A DNA stretch of 64,000 bases from Luteolibacter sp. (GTDB lineage: Bacteria; Verrucomicrobiota; Verrucomicrobiia; Verrucomicrobiales; Akkermansiaceae): NCBI GenBank assembly GCA_031414935.1, contig JANOQR010000142.1, positions 15,638 through 79,637 of the forward strand, given 5' to 3'. The position numbers and the translations under genes were made by a program. The number at the start of each line of letters is the position of its first letter. Position 1 is the stretch's first letter. Positions 36,895 to 44,601 of this stretch are shown here, one piece after another. The notes beneath the pieces were generated by a model. The model was not told where the DNA came from. It did no database searches and saw nothing but the letters and a program-made list of their open reading frames with translations.

Positions 36895-37596
36895 TCATTC
36901 TCTCGTTTGTTGGACCTGTCGCATTGCCCGCTCAGTCATAGGAGCGGTCTTCGCCATGCCGTTGATGGTTTCAACAGCGAGGGTCAAAGCCAACTTGTGG
37001 TCGATTACGGATGCGACCTCAGTCAGAATCTCCGCGAGACTCTCGATTGCGATTCTCAAGCATCGGGCCTTGTCGTCGCGAACTGGCGAGAGAATGTCGT
37101 CCACACCAGCCCTCGTATCGTAAGCGATCTGCAGCGGGAAGATGATTGGAAAATGGTCTTGGTGGACGGACAATGGAACCCTGCCCCAGTCGGCTGGGTC
37201 ACCTACCCGAGCCGAGAACTGGCTGAAAACCTCGGTTAAGTGCGGGAACTCGGCGTCCGAATACACGCATCGGTCTAGTCTCAAGCGCAGGACTCCGACG
37301 ATGGAATCTGCTGGAATGTGACTCACGCCTCCTTCGGAAACGTCACCGGAAATTAATTCGTTCGCTCGCGTGGAGAATACGCGTGAGCCGGGTGTGAGTT
37401 CGTGATCTCTGAGGGGAAAATCACCCGCTGCGTCAATGCAGCGCTCTGCAACGATGGTTGCAGCAGCGCTAATGGCGTCCTCAACGTGAATGCGTCCATC
37501 TGGGTCACGTACTGCGGAGAAGACTAGTTCGACAAGGCTCTTGCGAAGAGGCTTGTCCACATCGGCTGGCTTACGAAAGAGGTCAAAGAGTCCCAT
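36895..37596 (-). CDS. Hypothetical protein (233 aa) carried on the pxpA islet
   Basis: Clean ORF with normal amino-acid composition. No signal peptide and no motif recognised. Confidence 0.55.
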   Translation of the reverse strand: MGLFDLFRKPADVDKPLRKSLVELVFSAVRDPDGRIHVEDAISAAATIVAERCIDAAGDFPLRDHELTPGSRVFSTRANELISGDVSEGGVSHIPADSIVGVLRLRLDRCVYSDAEFPHLTEVFSQFSARVGDPADWGRVPLSVHQDHFPIIFPLQIAYDTRAGVDDILSPVRDDKARCLRIAIESLAEILTEVASVIDHKLALTLAVETINGMAKTAPMTERAMRQVQQTRE

Positions 37597-37753
37597 AGCA
37601 TTCAGAGCAAATGCTCAGTTTCTTGGCCGAACAGTGTATTAATCCGCTGGGAAGCGTTGTCATTTTGGATAGCTCCGGCAAGGGAAGAAGTGCCGGATTT
37701 TGAGGTTTCTGAAACCGCGTCAGTTGTGGATTTTTTATTTCTGGCTGACTCTC

Positions 37754-37943
37754 TTTGAAAAATAGCTCGCTGATGCCAAAGAACGAACCCGGCGCAGTGA
37801 TCACGAACATCGACGAAGCCGTCACCCGCGCGATGGATCTCGCGAAGTCTGAGACCATCGAAACCCTCTGCGTCCACGGCGACGGCCCGACGGCGGTGGC
37901 GATTTTACGGAAGCTGAGAAAAGCTTTGGAAGCGGGTGGGCTA
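37754..37943 (+). pseudogene. Displaced 3' fragment of a pxpA allele (right copy of the 190-nt repeat)
   Basis: Encodes ...MPKNEPGAVITNIDEAVTRAMDLAKSETIETLCVHGDGPTAVAILRKLRKALEAGGL, about 63 codons homologous to the end of pxpA, with no upstream pxpA sequence. Confidence 0.8.
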
Positions 37944-37975
37944 ATTTTTATGAGTAAGCCGTCGGTAAAATGTTC

Positions 37976-38287
37976 TTAAGTATGGTGAACCCAAGGAGGG
38001 GCGGACTCCGATCCGCCCCGCCCATGAAAAGCCAAAGAAGAGAGGATCACCGCTCTCCTTTGGCATTTCATGGGCATCGGCGATTCGGAGATCGCCGCTC
38101 CTTGTTGAGTCACCACGCGGGCGGCATTTTCCTCGGACGCATCAATCCACAGATCAAGATCCCCCGTGTAGCGTGGGCGCGAATGATGGATCACCGCGTA
38201 GCCGCCGATGACCATGAAGCGGACTTCATTCCGCAGGCACAATTTCAAGAAATCGCTGAAGTCTGCCGCCAATTTGATCTTTGCCAT
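37976..38287 (-). pseudogene. Truncated nucleotidyltransferase-like gene, C-terminus replaced by a REP-like element
   Basis: MAKIKLAADFSDFLKLCLRNEVRFMVIGGYAVIHHSRPRYTGDLDLWIDASEENAARVV resembles a small nucleotidyltransferase-fold family. After about 65 aa the frame runs into the hairpin repeat (…LAFHGRGG…). Confidence 0.45.
37998..38101. repeat. REP-like composite hairpin element, copy 1
   Basis: Three hairpins: GGGGCGGA-ctccga-TCCGCCCC; CCCATGAAAAGCCAAAG-(20 nt)-CTTTGGCATTTCATGGG; CGGCGAT-tcggag-ATCGCCG. A partial inverted copy lies at 46144..46224. Confidence 0.75.
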
Positions 38288-38462
38288 AGAAGGGTTCGCG
38301 CAGGTTTTCCAAAGCATTCAGTCGCTCGGCGGGTGTTGCGGCCCGCCAGTAGGCTCGGGTCTCGGCTTCTGCTTCGGCGAAGCTGTCTGCAATGACGATT
38401 TTCCACTCCGAGCGACGGCGTGCGGCGCGGGTCTCGGCTGCGGTCGAAGATGATTTTTTCAT
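38226..38462 (-). CDS. Small hypothetical protein (78 aa)
   Basis: ORF MKKSSSTAAETRAARRRSEWKIVIADSFAEAEAETRAYWRAATPAERLNALENLREPFYG...RLQRFLEIV. It overlaps the start of the truncated nucleotidyltransferase ORF by about 60 nt in another frame. Confidence 0.4.
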   Translation of the reverse strand: MKKSSSTAAETRAARRRSEWKIVIADSFAEAEAETRAYWRAATPAERLNALENLREPFYGKDQIGGRLQRFLEIVPAE

Positions 38463-38468
38463 GTGGAT

Positions 38469-39269
38469 CTAACTGTGAACGGCGAGCTTCGGAATCGAAG
38501 CCAGCAATCGCTTGGTGTAGTCGGCTTGTGGCTCGTGGAAAACTTTTCCTGCCTCGCCGGACTCGACGATTTTTCCCTGATACATGACGGCGATGCGGTC
38601 GGCGATGTAGTGGACGACGCCGAGATCGTGGGAGATGAAAATCATCGTGAGGCCGAGATCTTTTTGCAGGGATTTGATGAGGTTGAGGATCTGCGACTGG
38701 ATGGAGACATCGAGCGCGGAAACGGGTTCGTCGGCGATGATGAGCTTCGGTTCCGGAGCGAGAGCGCGGGCGATGGCGATACGTTGGCGCTGGCCGCCGG
38801 AGAATTCGTGCGGGTATTTCCGCATGACTCGCGCGTCGAGGCCGACGGTGGCCATCAGGGTTTCCACGCGCTTGAAAAGAGCGTCGCCTTTGAGCTTCGG
38901 GTGGCGTTGGCGGACGGCTTCGGCGAGAGTGGAGAAAATGGTCATCCGCGGGTTGAGCGAGGCGTAGGGGTCTTGGAAAACCATCTGGAAATCTAACCGC
39001 CGTTTACGGACTTCCGCTCCTGAGAGCTGGGAGAGATTCTCGCCATTTAAAATGATGGAGCCGGAAGTCGCAGGGATGAGCTGCATGATGGTTCGCGAGA
39101 GGGTGGATTTCCCACAGCCAGACTCGCCGACGAGGCCGAGGATTTCGCCTTTTTCGATGTTCAAACTCACGCCATCCACGGCGCGGACGACTTGCTTGGT
39201 GGGCGCAAGAATGGAGCCAGCACGGCGGGTGAAATGGGTGTGGAGCTTGTTGATTTCCAGATAGGACAC
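38469..39269 (-). CDS. Orphan ABC transporter ATP-binding protein (OppF/DppF-like)
   Basis: Start re-set to GTG 39269 (VSYLEINKLHTHF...). Walker A GESGCGKST, signature FSGGQRQRIAIARA, Walker B LIIADEPVSALD. No permease or binding-protein genes are adjacent. Confidence 0.8.
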   Translation of the reverse strand: MSYLEINKLHTHFTRRAGSILAPTKQVVRAVDGVSLNIEKGEILGLVGESGCGKSTLSRTIMQLIPATSGSIILNGENLSQLSGAEVRKRRLDFQMVFQDPYASLNPRMTIFSTLAEAVRQRHPKLKGDALFKRVETLMATVGLDARVMRKYPHEFSGGQRQRIAIARALAPEPKLIIADEPVSALDVSIQSQILNLIKSLQKDLGLTMIFISHDLGVVHYIADRIAVMYQGKIVESGEAGKVFHEPQADYTKRLLASIPKLAVHS

Positions 39270-39382
39270 GCGGCGGATGATGCACGGATCGCGCCGAATC
39301 GCACGGGTTTTGTTCGCGGTTGCTGTCGTCAGTTTTGAAATAATCGCTTGCCGATTGTTCTGAAATTTAGAACGTTGACTTT

Positions 39383-39660
39383 GTGATTGAAAGTTCGGCG
39401 ACAAGGAAACCGAAAGGCTCTGGCTGGGCAAACGCAGCCATTTTCCGGCTGATTTACTTCACCGCGCGATTTCCAAACTGAACCTTCTCGATGCCGCCAC
39501 TCAACTCGACACCTTACGCGTTCCTCCCAGCAACCGGCTGGAAATCCTCAAAGGCGACCGCGTTGGGCAACACAGCATTCGCATCAACGCTCAGTGGCGC
39601 TTATGTTTCCGCTGGGATTCGGGAAATGCCCTCGAAGTAGAAATTACCGATTATCACTAA
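39383..39660 (+). pseudogene. higB: HigB (RelE/ParE superfamily) toxin gene with a 1-nt frameshift at codon 5
   Basis: GTG ATT GAA AGT (39383) is out of frame by one base with the main frame. The main frame reads KFGDKETERLWLGKRSHFPADLLHRAISKLNLLDAATQLDTLRVPPSNRLEILKGDRVGQHSIRINAQWRLCFRWDSGNALEVEITDYH-stop. AGTTC looks like AGTTTC minus one T. Absent from the track because it has no in-frame start. Confidence 0.65.
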
Positions 39661-39672
39661 CCATTTACCACG

Positions 39673-39977
39673 ATGACCCGTGAACAAAAAGCCATCCTCG
39701 CAGCCACTCCAGGCCGTCTGCTCAAGGAAGAATTTCTTGATGCCCACCAACTCAGCCAAAGCGAGCTGTCCCGCCGCACCGGCATCCCGCGCTCTACCGT
39801 CAATGAAATCATCAAAGGCAAGCGGGCGATCAATGCGGAGATCGCTTTCACGCTCGGCACTTTTTTAACATAGACCCGCAGTTTTGGATCAATCTCCAAA
39901 GCCGCTACGATCTACGTCTGGTGCAGATTCAGCGGGCTGCGGCCATCTATGCTCGAGTGCAGCCCATCGTCATTTGA
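39673..39977 (+). pseudogene. higA: HigA (XRE-family HTH) antitoxin gene, frameshifted in a T6 run
   Basis: The track ORF (66 aa) ends ...AFTLGTFLT-stop at 39873. The next frame continues FFNIDPQFWINLQSRYDLRLVQIQRAAAIYARVQPIVI-stop (39977), which is the expected HigA C-terminus. Confidence 0.65.
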
Positions 39978-39983
39978 GGTGAG

Positions 39984-40934
39984 CTATTTCCCGCTACCCC
40001 TGAGCTTGATGTCGAAGGGGTTTTCGTCCGCGTCGTTGCTGGTGACTTTGAGCACGGCGTTGCGATTGCCCTTGGCTTTGCCTTTCGGCTTGAAGGTGAC
40101 GGTGACAGTCATGCTCTCGTTGGCGGCGAGTGAGGTTTTGGGCAATTTGCCGACCTTGAAGTCTGCCTTGTTTTTCCCAGAAAAGGAAATGGCGAGCATG
40201 TCGAGTGGGGCGTCGCCGGAATTGGTGATGAGGTAGGATTTCACTTTTCCGGGTTTGCCTAATTTCACGGTACCGAAGTTGGTGGTCGCGCTGCCATCGG
40301 TGAGCTCGCTGGTGCCTTGTTTGATGGAAATCTCCGGGGCGATGACGGAAATCGGGCTAATGGACTCGATCCGGCCTGTGATGTTGTCGCTACCCGTGTT
40401 GTTCAGTTTGAGAAAGAGGTAGGAGTTTGCCACGAGGGGACTGAATTTACTGAAGTCCAAGCGGGTAGGTGCTGGAGTGACTGAAGAAAACGCCGTGCCG
40501 CTCGGGTCGTTGAGGATAATGCTGATCGCCTGCATCTCCCAATTTTCGATGACCGGATTGGTATGATTGGATGGGCTTGGGTTGCTGCCAAAAACGATTT
40601 GGTCGCCGAAGTTTGAGAGGTCAGCTACGTAAAATGAACCTTGATCTGGTTTGGTGCTGTTAGTCCATGTCTCCGTGACGCCCGTGAAGGTCAGGCTCAT
40701 GTGGACGGGAGCGTAGCCAGCAGAGTATGAGTCGTAGATCTGCGGAGTCGAAGAAGTGTCCCATTCCAAGGTCGCAGTCCACGGGGTGCCGACGGGAAAT
40801 TCTGTGGTGATGTCCCCTGCCGCGACGTTGTTCGAGGTAGTGACTCCAGAGAGTCTGAAACCAATGATTTCTGCAAAACAGTGGGAAAAACCGAGGGCTG
40901 TAAGGACAAAGGAGAGGAGGAGAGTTTGATTCAT
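39984..40934 (-). CDS. Secreted protein with C-terminal choice-of-anchor D domain
   Basis: 316 aa. Signal peptide MNQTLLLSFVLTALGFSHCFA. The C-terminus FGTVKLGKPGKVKSYLITNSGDAPL...VTFKPKGKAKGNRNAVLKVTSNDADENPFDIKLRGSG is paralogous to the modules of the gene at 1..967. Confidence 0.75.
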   Translation of the reverse strand: MNQTLLLSFVLTALGFSHCFAEIIGFRLSGVTTSNNVAAGDITTEFPVGTPWTATLEWDTSSTPQIYDSYSAGYAPVHMSLTFTGVTETWTNSTKPDQGSFYVADLSNFGDQIVFGSNPSPSNHTNPVIENWEMQAISIILNDPSGTAFSSVTPAPTRLDFSKFSPLVANSYLFLKLNNTGSDNITGRIESISPISVIAPEISIKQGTSELTDGSATTNFGTVKLGKPGKVKSYLITNSGDAPLDMLAISFSGKNKADFKVGKLPKTSLAANESMTVTVTFKPKGKAKGNRNAVLKVTSNDADENPFDIKLRGSGK

Positions 40935-41105
40935 GCGTGAAAGGCCGAGTTCGACTAACTGCCTACCAAGTCCTGCCGCACAGGGGCAAGGTTCAAAATT
41001 TCTAAAACAGCGAGCCGCCTCTTACGCAGACTTCCTCGCGATTTGACCAAATTTGAAGAGACAAGATTGCGCTCCCACGGCATTTAGGCGACAAGAAGTC
41101 GCCCC

Positions 41106-42821
41106 ATGTCCCAGCTCTTGATCGAACCTGCCCGTCGCACCGGATGTGACGACATCCCCGCGCTCACCGAAGTCTTGCGCGCCGCCGTCCAACGCCAGCG
41201 TTCACCCATCGACGACGTGCTGGACGCGGATGTGGTCGATGAGGAAAAATACATGGCCGAGCTGGCCCACGATCTCGGCATCGAGTGGTTAGTCAGCATC
41301 CCGATGCCGGAAATTCCACTGCCACTGCGCGAGGCGTGCGGCCCGCGAATCGCGCTGCGGCATCGGCTTTTACCCGTGGAAATCACCGGCGAGGGCGATC
41401 ACAAGCGGCTGAAAATTTGCACCTTCGATCCCTTCAACCTCGTCGCCCGCCAAGCCGCCGCGCAAGAACTCACGCTGCCCATCGACTGGTGCATGGCGTC
41501 GCGCAAGCGCCTCTACGAAGCCCTCCGCCGCCTTTACGGTGTCGGCGCGGACACGTTTGAACAAATCCTCGAAGGCCGCGATTTCGACTACGACCAGATC
41601 GAGAGCGGCGAGGACGAAGCGAACGTCATCGACCAAGACGACGACGAGGAAGCGTCCGTTGTGAAGTTCGTGAACCAGATCATCCGCGAAGCACTCGACC
41701 AGCGCGCGACCGACATCCACGTCGAGCCGCTCGCCACCAATCTCCGCATCCGCTACCGGATCGATGGACGGCTGATCGAGGTCGCCGTGCCGGAAAACAT
41801 CAAAGCACTCCAAAGCTCCGTCATCGCGCGTTTAAAAATCATGGCCCGCCTCGATATCGCCGAGCGCCGCGTGCCACAAGACGGCCGGATCAATCTCCAG
41901 TTTGAAGGCGCGACCATCGACGTCCGGGTCGCCACCGTGCCGACCGTCGAGGGCGAAAGCGTTTCCCTACGTCTCCTCAACCAAGAGAAATTCAACATCG
42001 CCAAGCTCGGCATGGAGCCGTTCGTGTTGAAGAAAATCGAGTCCATTCTCCATTTGCCGAACGGCATCATCCTCATCACCGGACCCACCGGCTCGGGAAA
42101 ATCCACGAGTCTCTATTCTTTCCTAACCGAAGTAAATCACCCGGAGCGGCGCATCGTCACCGTCGAAGATCCGGTGGAAAACAAGCTCACCGGCGTGATG
42201 CAGATCGCCGTGAAAAACGAGATCGGCCTCACCTTCGCCACCGCGCTGCGCTCCATCCTGCGGGCGGATCCGAACATCGTGATGATCGGAGAAATTCGCG
42301 ACCTCGAGACCGCAGAAATCGCTATCCGCGCCTCGCTCACCGGTCACTTGGTTTTCTCCACGCTTCACACGAACGACGCGATGGGCGGCATCAGCCGACT
42401 CGTCGATATGGGCGTCGAGCCATTCCTCGTTTCCGCCGCCGTTCGTGCCTTCCTTGCCCAACGTCTCGTCAGAAAACTTTGCTCACACTGCAAAGTTCCG
42501 CGTGAAGTTAGTGATCAAGACAGGCGTGATTTAGGAATTCCGATGGAGATCACCGGCCAAGTCTATTCCCCAAAAGGCTGTGACCGCTGCCGCATGACCG
42601 GTTTCTCCGGACGGCTCGCCATTTACGAAGTCATCCTGCTCACTCAGCCGATGCAAGAACTCGTCGCCCACCGCGCCCAATCCGTCGCCCTCCGCGCCCA
42701 AGCCGTCCGCGACGGCTACATCCCGATGCGCGAATACGGCTGGCACAAGGTGATGAAAGGCGAGACGACCATTGAAGAAGTCATTTCCGTTACCTCGTCG
42801 GATATTGGGGGAGCTGAGTAA
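41106..42821 (+). CDS. gspE: GspE/PilB-family secretion ATPase (type II secretion / type IV pilus assembly)
   Basis: 571 aa. N-terminal GSPII_E_N-like domain, Walker A GPTGSGKSTS, Asp/His boxes, Walker B IVMIGEIRD, and a tetracysteine site CSHC...CDRC. The T2SS versus T4P choice cannot be made by eye. Confidence 0.85.
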   Translation: MSQLLIEPARRTGCDDIPALTEVLRAAVQRQRSPIDDVLDADVVDEEKYMAELAHDLGIEWLVSIPMPEIPLPLREACGPRIALRHRLLPVEITGEGDHKRLKICTFDPFNLVARQAAAQELTLPIDWCMASRKRLYEALRRLYGVGADTFEQILEGRDFDYDQIESGEDEANVIDQDDDEEASVVKFVNQIIREALDQRATDIHVEPLATNLRIRYRIDGRLIEVAVPENIKALQSSVIARLKIMARLDIAERRVPQDGRINLQFEGATIDVRVATVPTVEGESVSLRLLNQEKFNIAKLGMEPFVLKKIESILHLPNGIILITGPTGSGKSTSLYSFLTEVNHPERRIVTVEDPVENKLTGVMQIAVKNEIGLTFATALRSILRADPNIVMIGEIRDLETAEIAIRASLTGHLVFSTLHTNDAMGGISRLVDMGVEPFLVSAAVRAFLAQRLVRKLCSHCKVPREVSDQDRRDLGIPMEITGQVYSPKGCDRCRMTGFSGRLAIYEVILLTQPMQELVAHRAQSVALRAQAVRDGYIPMREYGWHKVMKGETTIEEVISVTSSDIGGAE

Positions 42822-42885
42822 AAACGATAAACCAGAAGCTCACAGTTTATTTGGAAACGACTATCCCAGTTCGGTAAGAGAAAAT

Positions 42886-43155
42886 ATGAGAACCACCATT
42901 GCATGGATAGCTGCATTATTTACCGCCCTTGTTTTGTTGTTTGCCTTTTCACTAGTAGAAGCCGCGTTTTTCAAGCCTCACGAATTGGGAGCAATTCTCG
43001 GGACCGCTTTTGTTTACGGCCGATTAGTTCTAACTATTTGGGTTGTGCGGAGCACTTACAAGAAAGTTAAAGGCAGGCAACTTACCGCTCCGAATAATCC
43101 TGCCCCACTCACCAAGACATCACCGTCAACGATTAGCCGCTCAGAGGAATTATAA
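42886..43155 (+). CDS. Small membrane protein (89 aa)
   Basis: Start re-set to ATG 42886. Two hydrophobic helices (IAWIAALFTALVLLFAFSLVEAAFF, LGAILGTAFVYGRLVLTIWVV). AT-richer than gspE. Confidence 0.45.
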   Translation: MRTTIAWIAALFTALVLLFAFSLVEAAFFKPHELGAILGTAFVYGRLVLTIWVVRSTYKKVKGRQLTAPNNPAPLTKTSPSTISRSEEL

Positions 43156-43169
43156 AACACACGCGACAG

Positions 43170-44210
43170 ATGAAACACTGCGAACTACCTCTCACTTGTT
43201 TGGCTATATTCCTTTTTTTCGTCGGACCAGCAAATGCCCAACAGGGCATTGCTATTCCGGGATCCCCAAAGGGTGACATGGCAACCGAATTGATGCAAAG
43301 CCGCGCATATTGTCGAACCATGGAACGTTCTTTACAGTCGCTTGAGAAGCGATTTTCTTCACTGAGTGTAGAGATTTTAGCAGCCAATGCCTCTTGGAAG
43401 TCATCACCGTTTGCAGGCGGATGTAACGCAATCGAAGAAGACATCATAAAGGATGCGGGGGAGAAGGGCCGAGCGATGCTTAAAAAGCTCGATGACGATA
43501 CCTGGGCCGAAACGGTAAAGCATATCCAGATCAGAAGCGAGGCTGAAGCACGAGATTTTCTGGCGCTCGTTGACCGACGGGCCAAAGGGGAGATTGAAGT
43601 CGAGATGGTTCGCGGTAACCTCCTTTGGCAATACAAGCCCTTCCAAGACGCCCCTGAAAAAGAAATTGCTAGAGGATATGTTAAGAAGGTCACGCACACG
43701 GCATCAACAGATCGCAAGATTGTTTTTGAGATTCCAATGAGTTGGAAGTCCGAGAAGTCACCAAAGACGGAGTTGATGTCTTTCCGCAATTGCTACGGAC
43801 ATGGTAATGCTTGGATAACAGTTTTGGTTAACCCGACAGTGGATGAGCTTGGGCAGACCGTCACAGCGCAAGAGAAGTTTGATGCTTATTCCGAAGAAGC
43901 ACTCCGGGCGGAGTATCGCCGTCTCGGAATAGAGCTGACGTCTTTCAGTAAGACCAAACTTAATGGCATGCCCGCACTAATGTTTACGCGAGAGCAACCA
44001 TTTGAGCAGCTGGGCCAGAAGGCTACAAGAGCAGCACAGGTGATCCGTGCATTTTCGGGCAGTGAGATGATCAGTTTTCAGATTAACACCTTGGGGCCTG
44101 CCGGTGACACCAAGGGAGCTGACCGAATCAAGAAGAATGAAGCATTGTTCAAGATGGTTGGGGGATCGCTGCGAGTAATAGAGCCTAACCCTAAAAATAC
44201 AAGAGACTGA
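43170..44210 (+). CDS. Secreted hypothetical protein (346 aa)
   Basis: Signal peptide MKHCELPLTCLAIFLFFVGPANA. No recognised domain. AT-richer codon usage than the flanking secretion genes. Confidence 0.6.
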   Translation: MKHCELPLTCLAIFLFFVGPANAQQGIAIPGSPKGDMATELMQSRAYCRTMERSLQSLEKRFSSLSVEILAANASWKSSPFAGGCNAIEEDIIKDAGEKGRAMLKKLDDDTWAETVKHIQIRSEAEARDFLALVDRRAKGEIEVEMVRGNLLWQYKPFQDAPEKEIARGYVKKVTHTASTDRKIVFEIPMSWKSEKSPKTELMSFRNCYGHGNAWITVLVNPTVDELGQTVTAQEKFDAYSEEALRAEYRRLGIELTSFSKTKLNGMPALMFTREQPFEQLGQKATRAAQVIRAFSGSEMISFQINTLGPAGDTKGADRIKKNEALFKMVGGSLRVIEPNPKNTRD

Positions 44211-44386
44211 AGAGACACAGCAACCACCACTAGCCGCCCTGTCGTGAACATTACCCGTAACATGAACATCAACTCCCGTCTCAACGTGCGCCTACGCTAT
44301 CTAGTGGCGGTGCGTGCTCTTGAACGCTTTCTCACTGATTGTCCTTCAAATGACCTCATCCTCGCAGGAAAACAGGAGGTTACGCG

Positions 44387-44575
44387 GTGGATCCGAAGAA
44401 AATGAAAACTGATCCTATCGTTTCCGAAGTGCGGGCAGCTCGCCGCCAGCTCCTTGAAAGCCATTCGTGGGACTTCAGAAAAATGGCCCGTGCCGCCATC
44501 GAGCGCCAAAAGGATAGCAAGCCTACTTTGATTCCCGCTCCACAAACTGTGCTGTCCTCAAGCGAAGAAAAATAG
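44387..44575 (+). CDS. Small hypothetical protein (62 aa)
   Basis: GTG start 7 nt after an AGGAGG. The sequence DPIVSEVRAARRQLLESHSWDFRKMARAAIERQK resembles small conserved PVC proteins of unknown function. Confidence 0.4.
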   Translation: MDPKKMKTDPIVSEVRAARRQLLESHSWDFRKMARAAIERQKDSKPTLIPAPQTVLSSSEEK

Positions 44576-44601
44576 TTCAAAATTTCAGCTTCACCCACAA
44601 G

